Of a stretch of 64,000 bases of DNA, positions 27,525 to 40,193 are shown one piece after another. The stretch's first letter is position 1, and each line of letters begins with the position of its first letter. The notes under the pieces are model-generated. The model saw nothing but the letters and a program-made list of their open reading frames with translations. It did not search any database and was not told the origin of the DNA. Source of the DNA: Eledone cirrhosa (Eukaryota); assembly GCA_964016885.1 (NCBI GenBank), contig OZ024742.1, forward strand, positions 338,086,001-338,150,000. Reading direction: 5' to 3'. A program made the translations under genes and the position numbers.

Positions 27525-27708
27525 GTCAGCAGGGAAAACATGTTAAATGATGATGATTATGGTTGGTGTTAGGAAGGGCATCCAGCTGTAGAAAACCCGC
27601 CAGACAATCCTATACGAGCAAGACAACTAGTCTTGCCACACGTGGGACAATTCCTGTCTAAACCCATGCTAGCGTGGACGATAGACGTTAAACGATGATG
27701 ATGATGAT
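27525..27708 (+). mobile_element. Two RTE/SINE 3'-end fragments with (GAT)n tails upstream of the zinc-finger ORF
   Basis: GGTTGGTGTTAGGAAGGGCATCCAGCTGTAGAAAA..GACGTTAAACGATGATGATG. Confidence 0.8.
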
Positions 27709-27885
27709 ATATTATATCAGATACATTAATATTTCTCATCTTCTAAAAGACTAAAAGTTCTACACATCAGACGTAACCCTGTTAATATAAATCTATGTTG
27801 GAATTACTCTCTGAAATCTCTTCATTTTACATCGTGTTTAATATGGACAGTTTTATAAAGGAATTTTCAGCATTTTCATATATTG

Positions 27886-29046
27886 ATGAAAATATATCAA
27901 AAAAAATCTTTATCTGGTAATGACGGAAGAAAAATTATGGAAAATGAATCATGTAAAGACCAAGTTGAATGTAAAAGAGAAACTGAATGGATTAATTTTT
28001 CTAATTCAGTGCTGAAAGAGAAAGGGAAAACATCATATCACTGTGATATTTGTCAAAGATCATTCTCCCTTAAGTGTAACCTCAACGCTCACAAACGTAT
28101 TCATACAAGTGAGAAGCCATATCATTGTGATATCTGTGGCAAATCATTCTCTACAACAAGTAACTTATCTAGACACAACCGTATTCATACAGGTGAGAAG
28201 CCATATCACTGTGATATCTGTGATAAATCATTCTCCCTAAAATGTAACCTCAACTCTCACAAACGTATTCATACAGGAGAGAAGCCGCATCACTGTAATA
28301 TCTGTGGTAACTCATTCTTTCAAGCAAGTAACTTAACTAAACACATACGCATTCATACAAATGAGAAGCCATATAACTGTGATATCTGTGGTAAATCATT
28401 TTCTATAACAAATAACTTAACTAGACATAAGCGCGTTCATACAGGAGAGAAGCCATATCACTGTGATATCTGTGGTAAATCATTCGCTCATGGAAATACC
28501 TTAACTGAACACAAATTTATTCATACAGGAGAGAAGCCATACAGCTGTGATATCTGTGGTAAATCATTCTCTCACTCAAGTCACTTAATTATTCACAAAC
28601 ATATTCATACAGGAGAGAAGCCATATCACTGTGATATATGTGGTAAATCATTCTTTCAAAAAGAGAGCTTAACTAAACACATACGCACACATACAGGAGA
28701 AAAACCATATCAATGTGATTTGTGTGATAAATCATTCTCTGAAAAGAGTGATTTAACTAGACATATACGTGTTCATACAGGAGAAAAACCGTACCACTGT
28801 AACATGTGTGATAAATCATTCTCCCAATCATGCCATTTAACTACTCACAAACATATTCATGCTAGAGAGAAATCATATAACTGTGATATCTGTGGTAAAT
28901 CATTCTCTCAAACAGGTCACTTAAATAATCATAGACATATTCATGCAGGAGAGAGACCATATCATTGTGATATCTGTGGTATATCATTCTCTCAAAATAG
29001 TATCTTAACTAAACACAAATATATTCATACAGGAGAAAAAACGTAA
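27886..29046 (+). CDS. C2H2 zinc-finger protein with 12 tandem fingers (start at 27886 or 27938)
   Basis: Twelve C-x2-C-x12-H-x3-H fingers with TGEKP linkers; candidate splice acceptor TTTCTTTATTTCAG ending 27508. Confidence 0.93.
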   Translation: MKIYQKKSLSGNDGRKIMENESCKDQVECKRETEWINFSNSVLKEKGKTSYHCDICQRSFSLKCNLNAHKRIHTSEKPYHCDICGKSFSTTSNLSRHNRIHTGEKPYHCDICDKSFSLKCNLNSHKRIHTGEKPHHCNICGNSFFQASNLTKHIRIHTNEKPYNCDICGKSFSITNNLTRHKRVHTGEKPYHCDICGKSFAHGNTLTEHKFIHTGEKPYSCDICGKSFSHSSHLIIHKHIHTGEKPYHCDICGKSFFQKESLTKHIRTHTGEKPYQCDLCDKSFSEKSDLTRHIRVHTGEKPYHCNMCDKSFSQSCHLTTHKHIHAREKSYNCDICGKSFSQTGHLNNHRHIHAGERPYHCDICGISFSQNSILTKHKYIHTGEKT

Positions 29047-29610
<564 letters not shown>

Positions 29611-29880
29611 AATTTTTTTTCCAAAAATGTCACCTACACATGTGAGGAAAGATGATATAACAGTGTGTGATAACAACTTCCCAACACTATTTTATATAAC
29701 AACTAGATCTACGTTGGTTAGATAACTTACAACTGTGATATCTCTAATAATAGCAAACTCCTAACTCTGATATTTCCAAAGTGGTTGCTACTTCTTCCTT
29801 GAGAGAATGGGGTGGGACAAAGAACGTAAATTATAGATTGCTGTTGAAACTGTCCAGTGTGTTATATGAGTGTTTCAATG

Positions 29881-29920
29881 AATAAAATACCATTACATGC
29901 ATATGTGTGTGTCGTGTTTT
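29881..29920 (+). terminator. Candidate polyadenylation signal of the zinc-finger gene
   Basis: AATAAA at 29881 followed by a GT-rich downstream element. Confidence 0.5.
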
Positions 29921-30047
29921 GATCTGTTGGTCTGTTCGTGACTGCTTCTCCCAATGAAATGTGTGTGTTTCAGATGTGATGTTAAGTGGTGATTTAAATC
30001 AAATGATTGAATACTTTCATTTCATGCTATTTATCCTGCTCTGTGTA

Positions 30048-30240
30048 GGTGCATAGTTGAATGGTTAGGGTGTTGGACTTATGATCATAATGTTGTTAAT
30101 TCCTGAACTTGGTAGCACAGTATTCTTGAGCAAAGCACTTCATTTCACATTGCTCCTGTATATTCAGCTGAAAATGAGTACCAGCAGTAGCTGGGGGTTA
30201 ACCCTGCAATGGACTGGTATCCTGTCCAGAACGAATCTTG
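30048..30240 (+). mobile_element. tRNA-derived CORE-like SINE, degenerate
   Basis: A/B-box-like head then TTCTTGAGCAAAGCACTT core. Confidence 0.65.
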
Positions 30241-31371
30241 TACTCTATCATTTAATGCAGATGAAAAATGAAATGGGCTAAGCACTGCAATGGACAAAAT
30301 GGTGAAAGAACAGCCAACGATAATGCCTGCTGCATCAGCCATTCTATCTAACAGGGCTCCTTTCTCAGGCAAGATGCACTCATTTTGTGGAGAAAAACAG
30401 CAGTGTGGGGAATGAGAACAGCAGAGGTCTCAATGTCAACCAACACAAAAGAAAATGTTTGGTGAAACCTTGGTATTTAGTTATCTTGTGTTACGGGTGG
30501 CAGAGCCTGGATTTGTGGTCGAGGTGTTGAAGTTGGGAAACTGGCTGTCATGGCTACAGATTATATATTTAAAACCAGATTGCTGAGAGCACCAACCTAC
30601 ACTGTGGCATCAAAAAAGCAAATATAGTCCACAACGGCATTTGTGTGTTTCACATGGAGGCGAAGATATAGGATCACTCCAATGCATATTTTTTGACAAT
30701 TTTGTAAACTCAAATATGTCAAACACGGGCATCTAGCGCCCCATTCTCTTCTTCCAAGCTGGTATGAGTTTGATGGGTTATCATAGTCCAAAATTAGACA
30801 GGTCTTACTCATGTGTTTCATTTTTTGGAATTGTTTCAGTGGCCAGACGCCCTTCCTAATGCCAGCCACATTACTGGGTACATTTCATCGTAAAACTCCT
30901 GCAATAACATTTTAGAGTGTACTAGTTGGACTTAATTATGGCTGCAACACTGCCACTTTCCTGTTCATGTTAAAGCTATCATTGGATTATTGTTGACAAT
31001 TATACCCTAACTTATATTGTTCTTTTCATATTTCATAGTCATATACTCAATGTCTTGTACATTATTGGTTAATAAGTAATTCATTTCACATGTATCTTGG
31101 TTTAATCAATTGTGTTGTTATTTTAGAGGATAAATCTTGTTATTGAAGTATTTTTTACTACAAGAAGTCAATTTATTATTGTAGCTGGTTCAAGTGCTTT
31201 GACCCTTCTATTACCATATTTCTAATGAAAGACAGTGTAGGAATTTCAAATCATCTAAAAAAGAATGGATTTAATAATATAACTCATTATTCAGCTGTTT
31301 TTTGTTGTTGTTGTTTTTTGTGCATAACATAACAAAGGATCTTATGAAAGATTTTTAGATAATATAAAGAC

Positions 31372-31631
31372 TTAAACCTTTTTGATACCATATTTCTAAT
31401 GGAATACACTGCCTGTGATTTTCAAGTCATTTTGAAAATAATCAAGAAAGTGGAGAGATTTAGTAAAATATATTTCTTGTTATTAAGATGGTGTTTGGAA
31501 CATAACACAACAGAAACTCTTACATAAAATTATGATGAAAAATTTGTAGATAAATAAAACACTTTTAAATAAACAAGTTAGTGTCATAGAACCAGAGCCA
31601 GTTTCAGAGAGTGTAGTATGAAATGGGTTAA
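31372..31631. mobile_element. piggyBac-like MITE, uninterrupted copy (partial copy at ~31199)
   Basis: TTAA-ACCTTTTTGATACCA ... GTATGAAATGGG-TTAA; reverse-complement similarity to 1668-1738 plus 6069-6285. Confidence 0.65.
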
Positions 31632-32262
31632 GACTATAAAATCTCTCCAGTCTTTACAAAGTTAGTCTGTTAATGTATTGCTGGTCTTATGACTTCCAAC
31701 AGGTAGTGAAGAAGGCTGTGCTCATAAAAACACTTATAGTGATTGATGTACTTATTGAAGAGAATTCTTAGAATAGTGGATTGGCCTTAATCGAATGATG
31801 GTGTTTGGTGGTATGGAGTGAGAGTGTGAGAAATGTTGAAGTAGCAGGTAAAGGGAGATAGACACTGTGACTTAACAGAACAATAGATTCTATCTGCTAC
31901 ACATAATGACAGAAGAGCTGACATCAAGCTATGGCTCTATGGTATGTACAACCATTCAGTTATGATCCATAAACAAAACTTAGACAATTGAGATGTACAT
32001 CTGAGCAAGTTTTCTTCCTAGAGAAAAAAAAGTTTGAGCTTTCAATTGTGTGCTCCACTCTAACTTTTTATTATCTCCTTTTTTCTTTGGATTTTTAGCC
32101 AAAATGTCTCACATTAATTACTTTAAAATTTTTTCTTTAATTCATTATATTCTGTAATATTTAATCCCCTTTCTATATTTAGTGAATATTTCCTAGCTTT
32201 TCCCTGTGTATATTTTTATTTGTCACATATGCCATGTATTAATTACTTCGCCAGGCTCCATA

Positions 32263-32650
32263 CATCATCATCATCATCATTTTATGTCCGCTTTTCCCTG
32301 CTTGCAAGAGTGAGACAGGAACTGATTCTGGCTTCATTTCTACAGCTGGATGCCCTTCCTAACACCAACCTCATTTACAGTGAGTGCTAGGTGCTTTTTT
32401 TCCGTGGCACCTACACATCCACTTTACAGTGTGGGCTGGGTGTTTTTTTTGCCATGGCACCTCCACGACCACTGCAGTGGTATGATAGGGACCCCAGTCC
32501 TATCATCTCATTTCTACAGCTGAGTAAACTGGAGCAATGTTAAATAAAGTATCTTGCTCAAGGAAACAACACATCACCTGGTCTGAGAATTGAACTCACA
32601 ACCTTTCGATTGCAATGCCAATGCTCTAACCACTAAGCCATGTGCCTCCA
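32263..32650 (-). mobile_element. tRNA-head CORE-like SINE with RTE-derived 3' tail
   Basis: Head GGAGGCACATGGCTTAGTGGTTAG..GAGTTCAATTC, core CCTTGAGCAAGATACTT, RTE 3' UTR, (ATG)n tail; CTCCATACAT at both ends. Confidence 0.88.
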
Positions 32651-32988
32651 TACATACATACATACATACAATTATTTTAAAGTAGTATCTCCATGCCCTT
32701 TAGCTGTATGTAAGATATATACCAATCATCATTTAACATCTATTTTCCATGATAGCAATGTTATCTGATATTCTGAAATAAACAATATAAGATCTAAAAG
32801 ATACTTTTTTTTAATTACTTTTTAATTCATTATCAAAATACATCAAACAAACTTGTGTGAAGTTTATATATTTACACACTACAGTTACACCTTCAGCTTG
32901 TGTAACATACATACATATGTATGTGTGATATGATATATGTATACATGAGGCTACTCAGCCGATGTGTACTTAAGAAAATACTATATAT

Positions 32989-33029
32989 CAGTCCTGATGA
33001 AGGGTAATGACCCAGAAACATGTTGATTG
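32989..33029 (+). ncRNA. Minimal type I hammerhead ribozyme motif
   Basis: CAGTC-CTGATGA-A-GGGT(AATG)ACCC-A-GAAAC-AT-GTT-GATTG; palindromic ACATGT stem III. Confidence 0.65.
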
Positions 33030-33709
33030 TTCCTCAATGCCAGTGTTGAACAAATGGATGATGATTTTTCATCGGTTCGGCACAGCTTTAATCGGGCCAT
33101 TTGTTTACAAACAAATCGAATGTTATTATTAATATTCTATATAACCCATACGTATATATATATGTGTGTGTGCATGTATGAACGTATGCATACTTACATT
33201 TATGTATCAGCTGTGCTAGGGTGATAAATAAAATTCTAATTTTATTTTTATATATATATATATATAACGAAGGAATTGTGGTAAGGAACCAGATGGACCA
33301 TAAGGGTAGTAGAGTGGGTAATAGGAACAAGTATGACTCCGACGGCTTGAGCTCTGCCGTCGGGGTCATACTTGTTCATATATATATATATGATATGCGT
33401 ATATATATATGTATAAACAGTTTTTTTACAGGCAGTCCCTGAATTAAATTTTCAATTTCTTATTCTCTTTTCCCTATCTTCCATGATAAGTTTGGGTTCA
33501 ACGTAACCCTGTTATGTAATTCTGTTGAAAGTTGCCTGATGAGATCATCTTCTGTCTGGCATCATATTTGGATGATGGCGCTGGATCATTGGAATATAAT
33601 GAATGATGGATGACTTGCATAATGTTGAGTGCATTGATTGATTTGTTACATCATGGTTTGCCTACCAAAACCACTAGTTCTACCCATTGGTAATCAAACT
33701 AACTTACAT

Positions 33710-33744
<35 letters not shown>

Positions 33745-33746
<2 letters not shown>

Positions 33747-34905
33747 TAGCAGTGTATCCCGGCGTTGCACGGGTAAGAACATTGGTAATAGCACCTCCAA
33801 TGAGAAACGTTTATTTGTGAGTGCCTGTTAAAAACTCACGAAAATATACCGACAGGAAACTTGTTTTATTTGGAGAAAATTAAGAAGTTGAAAGTACAGT
33901 TTAGCTGTCTACGTGCATTGTTCATAGAAATATTGTTGAGCCCCTTCTTTTCATACTCCTCTGTTTTGGCCTATTGGAGTAAATGTGAAAGAGAAAGTCA
34001 CAGGTTAAGTTGGCAGAAGGTCCCAGTGCAATAGCAGTAAGGCGTAGGCTACTTACCACAAAAGTTCATTCGCACTCTTGTCACTAAGTTACTATTTCTC
34101 TCTATCCCTGTCAGTGCAGTCCCTTGAGAATTTCTCGCGTAGGCCTGGTGTAGATTTGCACCCGATCCATCTGCCCGATACACGTGTCCGTTTTGTACGG
34201 CTTTTGGCGGAAGGAGTGACCAGCAGTACGTTGTTCGGTATTATTACGAAAAGGTGTAGCAGAGAATCCCGCATGAACTAACAGCTCGGGAGGAAACTGC
34301 TTACCTCGAAGATTCATTCGCCATCGTTCTTGTCAACGCTCCGTTTAGTTGGTATTTGTTGGTCTACAGTTAGATGAATGGCGCACAAAGGGTTAATGTT
34401 TATTGGCAAGAAATGGCAACTGGGCTGGCTTGCCTTGCTTATAATTTATATTAAAATAACAGATTAAAGTTTAAGCAAAGAATCGCTGCTTTCACCCTTA
34501 ACAGGATCTTCTGAAACTAAAAAAATCAATCTGTGAACGCAGAAGTAAATATTTTGAAAAACGTTGCAACCGAAGGAAAACAGGAAGACGATACTTTGGT
34601 TCGTGAAGACGTTCCCTGGTAATGAACGGAAAATAGCGAACATAATACGTCATCAATGTTTGTCATAATGCAGACAGCGAGACATACAGACAGATATTAT
34701 AAGGGCACGACAGAGATCGATAACCAACGCCTAACACCCCTTTAACAAGAGAAAATTAAAAAATAAAAGCTGCAGTTAATATCTTTAGACCACAAGGAAT
34801 ATATAAATGCAAGTTTGAAGTCAATCGGAGTAGAAATGTGGATTTGTATAGACTTTGCAAAAATGAGAACACACACACACACAATCACAGTTTTATATAT
34901 ATGTA
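33745..34905. mobile_element. Helentron/DINE-1-like non-autonomous element
   Basis: ACTAG followed by CCCG-GCGTTGCA-CGGG hairpin, starting within (TA)n; far end AAGTTTGAAGTCAATCGG..(CA)n..TTTTATATATAT. Confidence 0.65.
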
Positions 34906-34919
34906 TATATATATATATA

Positions 34920-35470
34920 TCATCATCACCACCATTTTACATCCGTTCTTCCGCGCTAGCATGTGTTAGACGGGTTGTCCTGTTGTGGGCAGTGTCCAGT
35001 CAGCTGACCTTGTCTTGCTCATACTGGAACTGATTCTGGCTTGATTTCTACAGCTGGATGCCCTTCCTAACACCAACCTCATTTACTGTGAGTGCTGGGT
35101 GCTTTTCTTCCGTGGCGCTTACACGTCCACTTTACATTGTGGGATGGGTACTTTTTTGCCGTGGCACTGCCACAACCCCTTTGCAGTGGGCGGATGGAGG
35201 GGAACATATCGTTTATATGCTTCAGCTTCAGCTTGTACCCATGGGAACATATACATTATTATCGTTTAATGTCCCTTTTTCCACACTAGCATGGGTTAGA
35301 TAAGTTGTCCCATTGTGAGACAAGTCAGATCAGATGACCATGTCTTGCTCATACTCAGAACTGTTTCTGACTTGGTTTCTACAGCTGGATGCCCTTCATG
35401 AACTACATCTAGTGTGGACTAGGTGCTTTTTGTCATGGCACCAAGATGACGCTTTACATTGTGGAGTGTG
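34920..35470 (-). mobile_element. Two adjacent RTE-tail/SINE 3' fragments
   Basis: CTACAGCTGGATGCCCTTC core twice, with (CAT)n tail. Confidence 0.75.
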
Positions 35471-35684
35471 CACTGGGAGTGGAGGAGGTGCATGTATGTA
35501 GGGTGGGGAATGGAGAGGTGGAGTACTTAGCTGGTGAATGGTGGATTGTTAAGACGTGTTTGAAGATTTCTGTGAGAGCAAATGCACCATTATCATCTCA
35601 GACAGTTCTCTACAACAACATCACTATTTTCCCTGAACACCTCATGTCATATAACATGCATAAACTTTTTATTTTGTGCTTCTT

Positions 35685-35945
35685 CCCTTGCAAAGTATAG
35701 TTGTAGCCTAGCCTCTCTCCTGGCCTCTTGGTAAAGTTCTGTTTCCCCCATTTTGCCATTCTTTCCTTGCCTTGTTTGATCCACCCTACTATTCCACCAC
35801 CAAGTCACTCACCTACGCCCTGGACCTCTGCTCCAGCCACATACCTTATTTGAGGCCTTCAGTAGATTATTTCTCAGGAACTCCTACTCTACATTGTGTG
35901 TTGCTATTTTTCCTTTATTGTCAAAAGCATCAAGATATTCCTAAG
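35685..35945 (-). pseudogene. Old RTE fragment (WWWN linker region)
   Basis: TTCCACCACCAAGTCACTC..CTCCAGCCACA aligns to copy A 4165-4215. Confidence 0.65.
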
Positions 35946-36053
35946 TTTGTTACGGGCTGTAGGGAGGATGTGGAAGAGTGGGAATGATTTTCTTCACCAG
36001 AAATTCTCTAAATGATAGTGCTGTGTTTGGGCACTAGTTTTGCACAAATTTGT

Positions 36054-36570
36054 GAAGGTGTGTGGCTGATTGGTTAGAGAACTGGATTCGCAATCGTGAG
36101 GTTGTCAGTTTATAACAAAATACTGGATTGTATGAATATAACAAGACACTAGGTTGTGTATATAAAGTTTAATTAACAAGTTGCAGTTATGTAGAACAGA
36201 ATAGTTGACAAGTCGATGAAAGAATGAAGTAAAGTTATTTGTTACCGTTTTGAAGTTAGCTCGCAAGAGGCCATGTTAGGGTTGCCAGACGAACGCGCCT
36301 GGCCGAAGGGCCAGGAGCCGAAAGGCAAATGAGAGAAAGAGAGCTGAAAGTTATTCCCTTTATAGGTCCTGGGGCGGAAGTGACAAAAAGGGCTCTGCCA
36401 CCCCAACGAGAAGCAACTCCAGCTACTTCCTGTCTAGAGAGCGTTACTCTATTGGTGATGTCATCGTCACAACAAGGGAGGCAACTCTTGCTACAAGTTC
36501 GATTCTTGGGCAAGGCGATGCGTTATGTCCTTGAGCAAGACACTATATTTCACATTGCTCCTTCTACCTG
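36054..36570 (+). mobile_element. tRNA SINE interrupted in its B-box by a solo LTR
   Basis: GTGGCTGATTGGTTAG..GTCAGTT|CGATTC..GTCCTTGAGCAAGACACT reassembles across the LTR. Confidence 0.75.
36111..36495 (-). mobile_element. Solo LTR, Gypsy-like, TG...TA ends, 4-bp TSD AGTT
   Basis: Reverse-complement homolog of 37808-38181 and 38689-39035; AGTT at 36107-36110 and 36496-36499. Confidence 0.85.
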
Positions 36571-36679
36571 GAGTTGCAACTGCCAGATAGTATTAGCAAT
36601 TGGAAAGACCAACAGAAACATTGTTTCCTCGGTCCGATTTGACGAAAGTCGATCGACAAAAAAAAGAAATTGAAAAAAA

Positions 36680-37166
36680 AATTTTTTTTGCATGTGTAAA
36701 TGATCTGTTAAAATTCTGTGAACTGCATTTTTATCCAAGACTGTTTCTTTTGCAATCAACCTAACACTTAAGCAACGATCTTTCACCATCATCACTCGCA
36801 CCACTTCCAGACTTTGTTCGTTTTTGACGAGATTGGCCTTCCAGAATTTTTTCAACCCTCCTTGAAAGCTTTGTGCCACTTAAAAATCTTACTTTTTGAT
36901 GGAATGGCAACTCCATAAGCTTGTGTTAAATAATTAAATGTTTCAGTGACAGATTTGGTGAGTTTCACACACAATTTGATCTCGTACTGTTGTTCAATAT
37001 TTTCCTCAATCGCAAACGATATAAACATATCTGTACGTAAACAGTAATAACTCACAACTGACTTAACCGATCATGTTGAAACAAATATATATATATTAAC
37101 GAAGTGGTGCTGTACCATGTCGTACATGGGAAAATCAGTACCCTTACTTTAGGGAGAAACCTTGTA
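36680..37166 (-). pseudogene. Mariner transposase N-terminal relic
   Basis: IEQQYEIKLCVKL.KSVTETF..L.QAYG..IFKWHKAFKEG; DRCLSVRLIAKE..VHRILTDHLHMQK. Confidence 0.85.
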
Positions 37167-37187
37167 TCTGTATTACTTAATTACATA

Positions 37188-39113
37188 GGTAATTTACTAT
37201 TTTACGTTCACAAACTCAAATAAACATTATCGCTAGTTATGTCTGGAGGTCGAAAGTGAAACTGTTAAGCGGTGAACCACAAGTAAAATTACTGACTAGG
37301 GTTTAAGGGTTAGGTTATTTATTGAAAAAGAGAGAGAGAAAATTATTAGATACAAAAAGAGACATATAATTAAAAGTGATATTTTCGATGAAAAAATTTA
37401 GTTTCATCCACTTCCACCGTCATTGGTTCTCCATCCTCATTAATCCCACCTATTTGTTGGGGGTTTTGCTCAAGCCACATCTCACATGCCTCGCGACAAA
37501 CATTACACCAATCTACTGCAATACCATGTTTTGCCATCAGATATATCACCTCTATTAATTAGGAAGCATTCAACACTACAGGAGTCACAAATCAAAGTAT
37601 TGCGTAAAAGCCGTCTACGTGCACACCACTGTATACAGCTCCAAGTGCAGTTACATCTCTTGCAAGTTTGGTTATATTATATTTCTCAGCCAAAATTTGA
37701 GTGCTATTCATTACTTCATCTGGTGGAATAATATATTTTGGCGCAGTAGCAGGTCGACCTCCAGAAGTGAAAGTAATTTTCAAAAGTGAAACTTTTAAGC
37801 TTAATAGTGTAGCAAGAGTTGCCTCCCTTGTTGTGACGATTACATCACTAGTAGCGCTCTCTAGACAGGAAGTAGCTGGAGTTACTTCCCGTTGAGGTTG
37901 CAGAGCTTTCTTTGTCACTTCCGTCCAGGGACCCTATAAAGGAGAGAGCTGCCAGCTATCTCCCTCTCTTTTAACCTGCCTGGCCCTTCGGCCAGGCGAA
38001 TTCCGCTGAGGGTAAACTCTCTCGCTTCCTGACCAGTCAAAACGGTAAACAACTAACTTTAATTCTTCCTTTCATCTCTCTTGGCATGTCAACTATTCTG
38101 CTCTACATAGCTTAACCTTGTTAAATAAACATTGTACATACAACCTAGTGTCTTGTTATATTCAAACAACACATTGTCATAAGTGGTGACCCCGAAAAAA
38201 AAATAAAATAATAGGATCTGGTGTTGTGTGAATATGCAAAAAAGAAAATTAATTAGCAGTATTTCAAAAAGAAAAAAATTCTCTAACAACATTCCACATG
38301 GATTTTTTTCTACAACATTCCACATGGATTTTGTCTACAACGAAAAATATAAGTAATCTTTTCCTCAGCAGCAAATAAACAAGAAAAAATTTTGCTTTTC
38401 ACCTCACGTGTTTACATCGTTTAAATGTGTTTCAATCACTGGATATATGCTTCGTCCGTCTCACAACGAACACTCATAAAGACTTGGGCACCTGTATTCT
38501 TATATTCAACATGTCAATTTTGATGAACATCACAGTTCGCTTACTCATTCAACTAAGCCATTTTCGCTACTTTTTCATCACTTTTTTAAAAAAATTGAAC
38601 TCTCGCCATATACAAAGTGAATAAAGTCTTTTCCCTTCTTTTTCATCATATCACGTCGGGGTCACCAATTATAACAGCAAGACTGGGTTGTAGCAAGAGT
38701 TGCCTCCCTTGTTGTGACGATCACATCACCAGTAGCGCTCTCTAGACAGGAAGTAGCTGGAGTTACTTCCGTCCAGGGACCCTATAAAGGAGAGAGCTGA
38801 AAGCTATCTCCCTCTCTCTTAACCTGCCTGGTCCTTCGACCAGGCGAGTTCCGCCGATGGTAAACTCTCTCGCTTCCTGACCAGTCAAAACGGTAAACAA
38901 TTAACTTTAATTCTTCCTTTCATCTATCTTGGCATGTCAACTATTCTGCTCTACATAGCTCAACCTTGTTAAATAAACACTGTACATACAACCTAGTGTC
39001 TTGTTATATTCATACAACCCAGTCTTGCTGTTATAACAGTTTCACTTTCGACCTCCAGACATAACTAGCGATAATGTTTATTTGAGTTTGTGAATGTAAA
39101 ATAGTAAATTACC
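37188..39113. mobile_element. MITE with ~83-bp TIRs, right TIR split by the LTR element
   Basis: 37188-37270 is the reverse complement of 37799-37807 joined to 39040-39113. Confidence 0.8.
37808..39035 (+). mobile_element. Non-coding Gypsy-like LTR element (LTRs 37808-38181 and 38689-39035) with tRNA-Trp primer sites
   Basis: Direct LTRs with CCTATAAA and AATAAA; PBS TGGTGACCCCGA at 38184; flanks ATAG / ACAG. Confidence 0.85.
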
Positions 39114-39439
39114 ATGACATAGATATTTCACATGAAAATATAGAATCAAAAGGAAAGGAAATTTAAGTTAACGTTAAATGTGTCAATCGTTCACAACACC
39201 ACAATAATCAGGTCCTAGGTTCGATCCCACTGCGTGGCAACATGGAGAAGTGTCATTTACCATACCACATGCTCCGGTTGACCCATGTCTTGTAGGTATA
39301 ATGTCGTTGATAACACAATTATAAAAGCATATAACAAATACAATTAACTATTGCTAGGAACCACAGAAAAACAACGCACCAAAACAACACATGACCAGAG
39401 CGAGAGAAAGAAAAAAAAAAGGGGGGGGGGGTCAAAAAC

Positions 39440-39742
39440 AAAAACGACCATCAATTCACCAGCAGGTGCGACAATCCGTCGTACATCACAAGGATCCACG
39501 GAATATTTTGAGGCATTATCACAGGTGATGGCGAGGCTAAGGCGCCAAAACAACCAGGCACCCTCTGGGGCATCACCTAACACCTCAGTAAGGTGAGCCG
39601 CCAGCAATGACAAGAATTTCACTGTTAGTGGCCTGATTCCACCAAATGTCTCGGACGTCACAGGCTGGAAAAAATAATTGTTAGATAGATCCTGGTATTT
39701 CCGAATTTTATTTCTTTCTGCAACGAAAGCAGTCACCCCCAC
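39440..39742 (-). pseudogene. C-terminal fragment of a restriction-like-endonuclease non-LTR retrotransposon (CRE-like)
   Basis: AERNKIRKYQDL..YFFQPVTSETFG..EGAWLFWRLSLAI..NAS; A-rich tract on the plus strand (poly-T on the element strand) follows. Confidence 0.65.
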
Positions 39743-40135
39743 GGGTGAAATTGGATAAGTAAAAATTACTTGTAAATCTGTTGGATAGACTATACCTGTA
39801 ATTCAAGGGCCAGCTTTGTCACACATTGAGGGAATTATATTAAAGGTACACGTGCTTATGGAATGTTCAGCCATTTACACGTTAATTTCATGAGTATGCC
39901 GTTCTGTTGCTCGAACAACTAGAACACTCATCGTCGAAACTGACAGAGGTCCATTCCTTTCCCATTTCCTTTCAACAGTTTCCATTCACTGCAGACACCT
40001 TTCTTATCAACTTCCTGCTTTCTCCTATTCACTTCTTTTCTACTTCAACCGTCCATTACATTGTCAAAACAACTAAATTTGTTGACACCTGCAAACTATC
40101 TTTGGCTGGTATATACACACACACACACACACACA

Positions 40136-40193
<58 letters not shown>

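Noticed and set aside
30145-30372. 75-aa ORF as an exon of the minus-strand gene
   Set aside because: Half overlaps a SINE, and there is no recognisable domain or clear splice sites
32580-32650. tRNA genes
   Set aside because: A and B boxes run into SINE core sequence without a full acceptor stem or poly-T terminator
38650-38667. tRNA-Trp gene
   Set aside because: Only the last 18 nt including CCA are present, next to an LTR end, so it is a primer binding site
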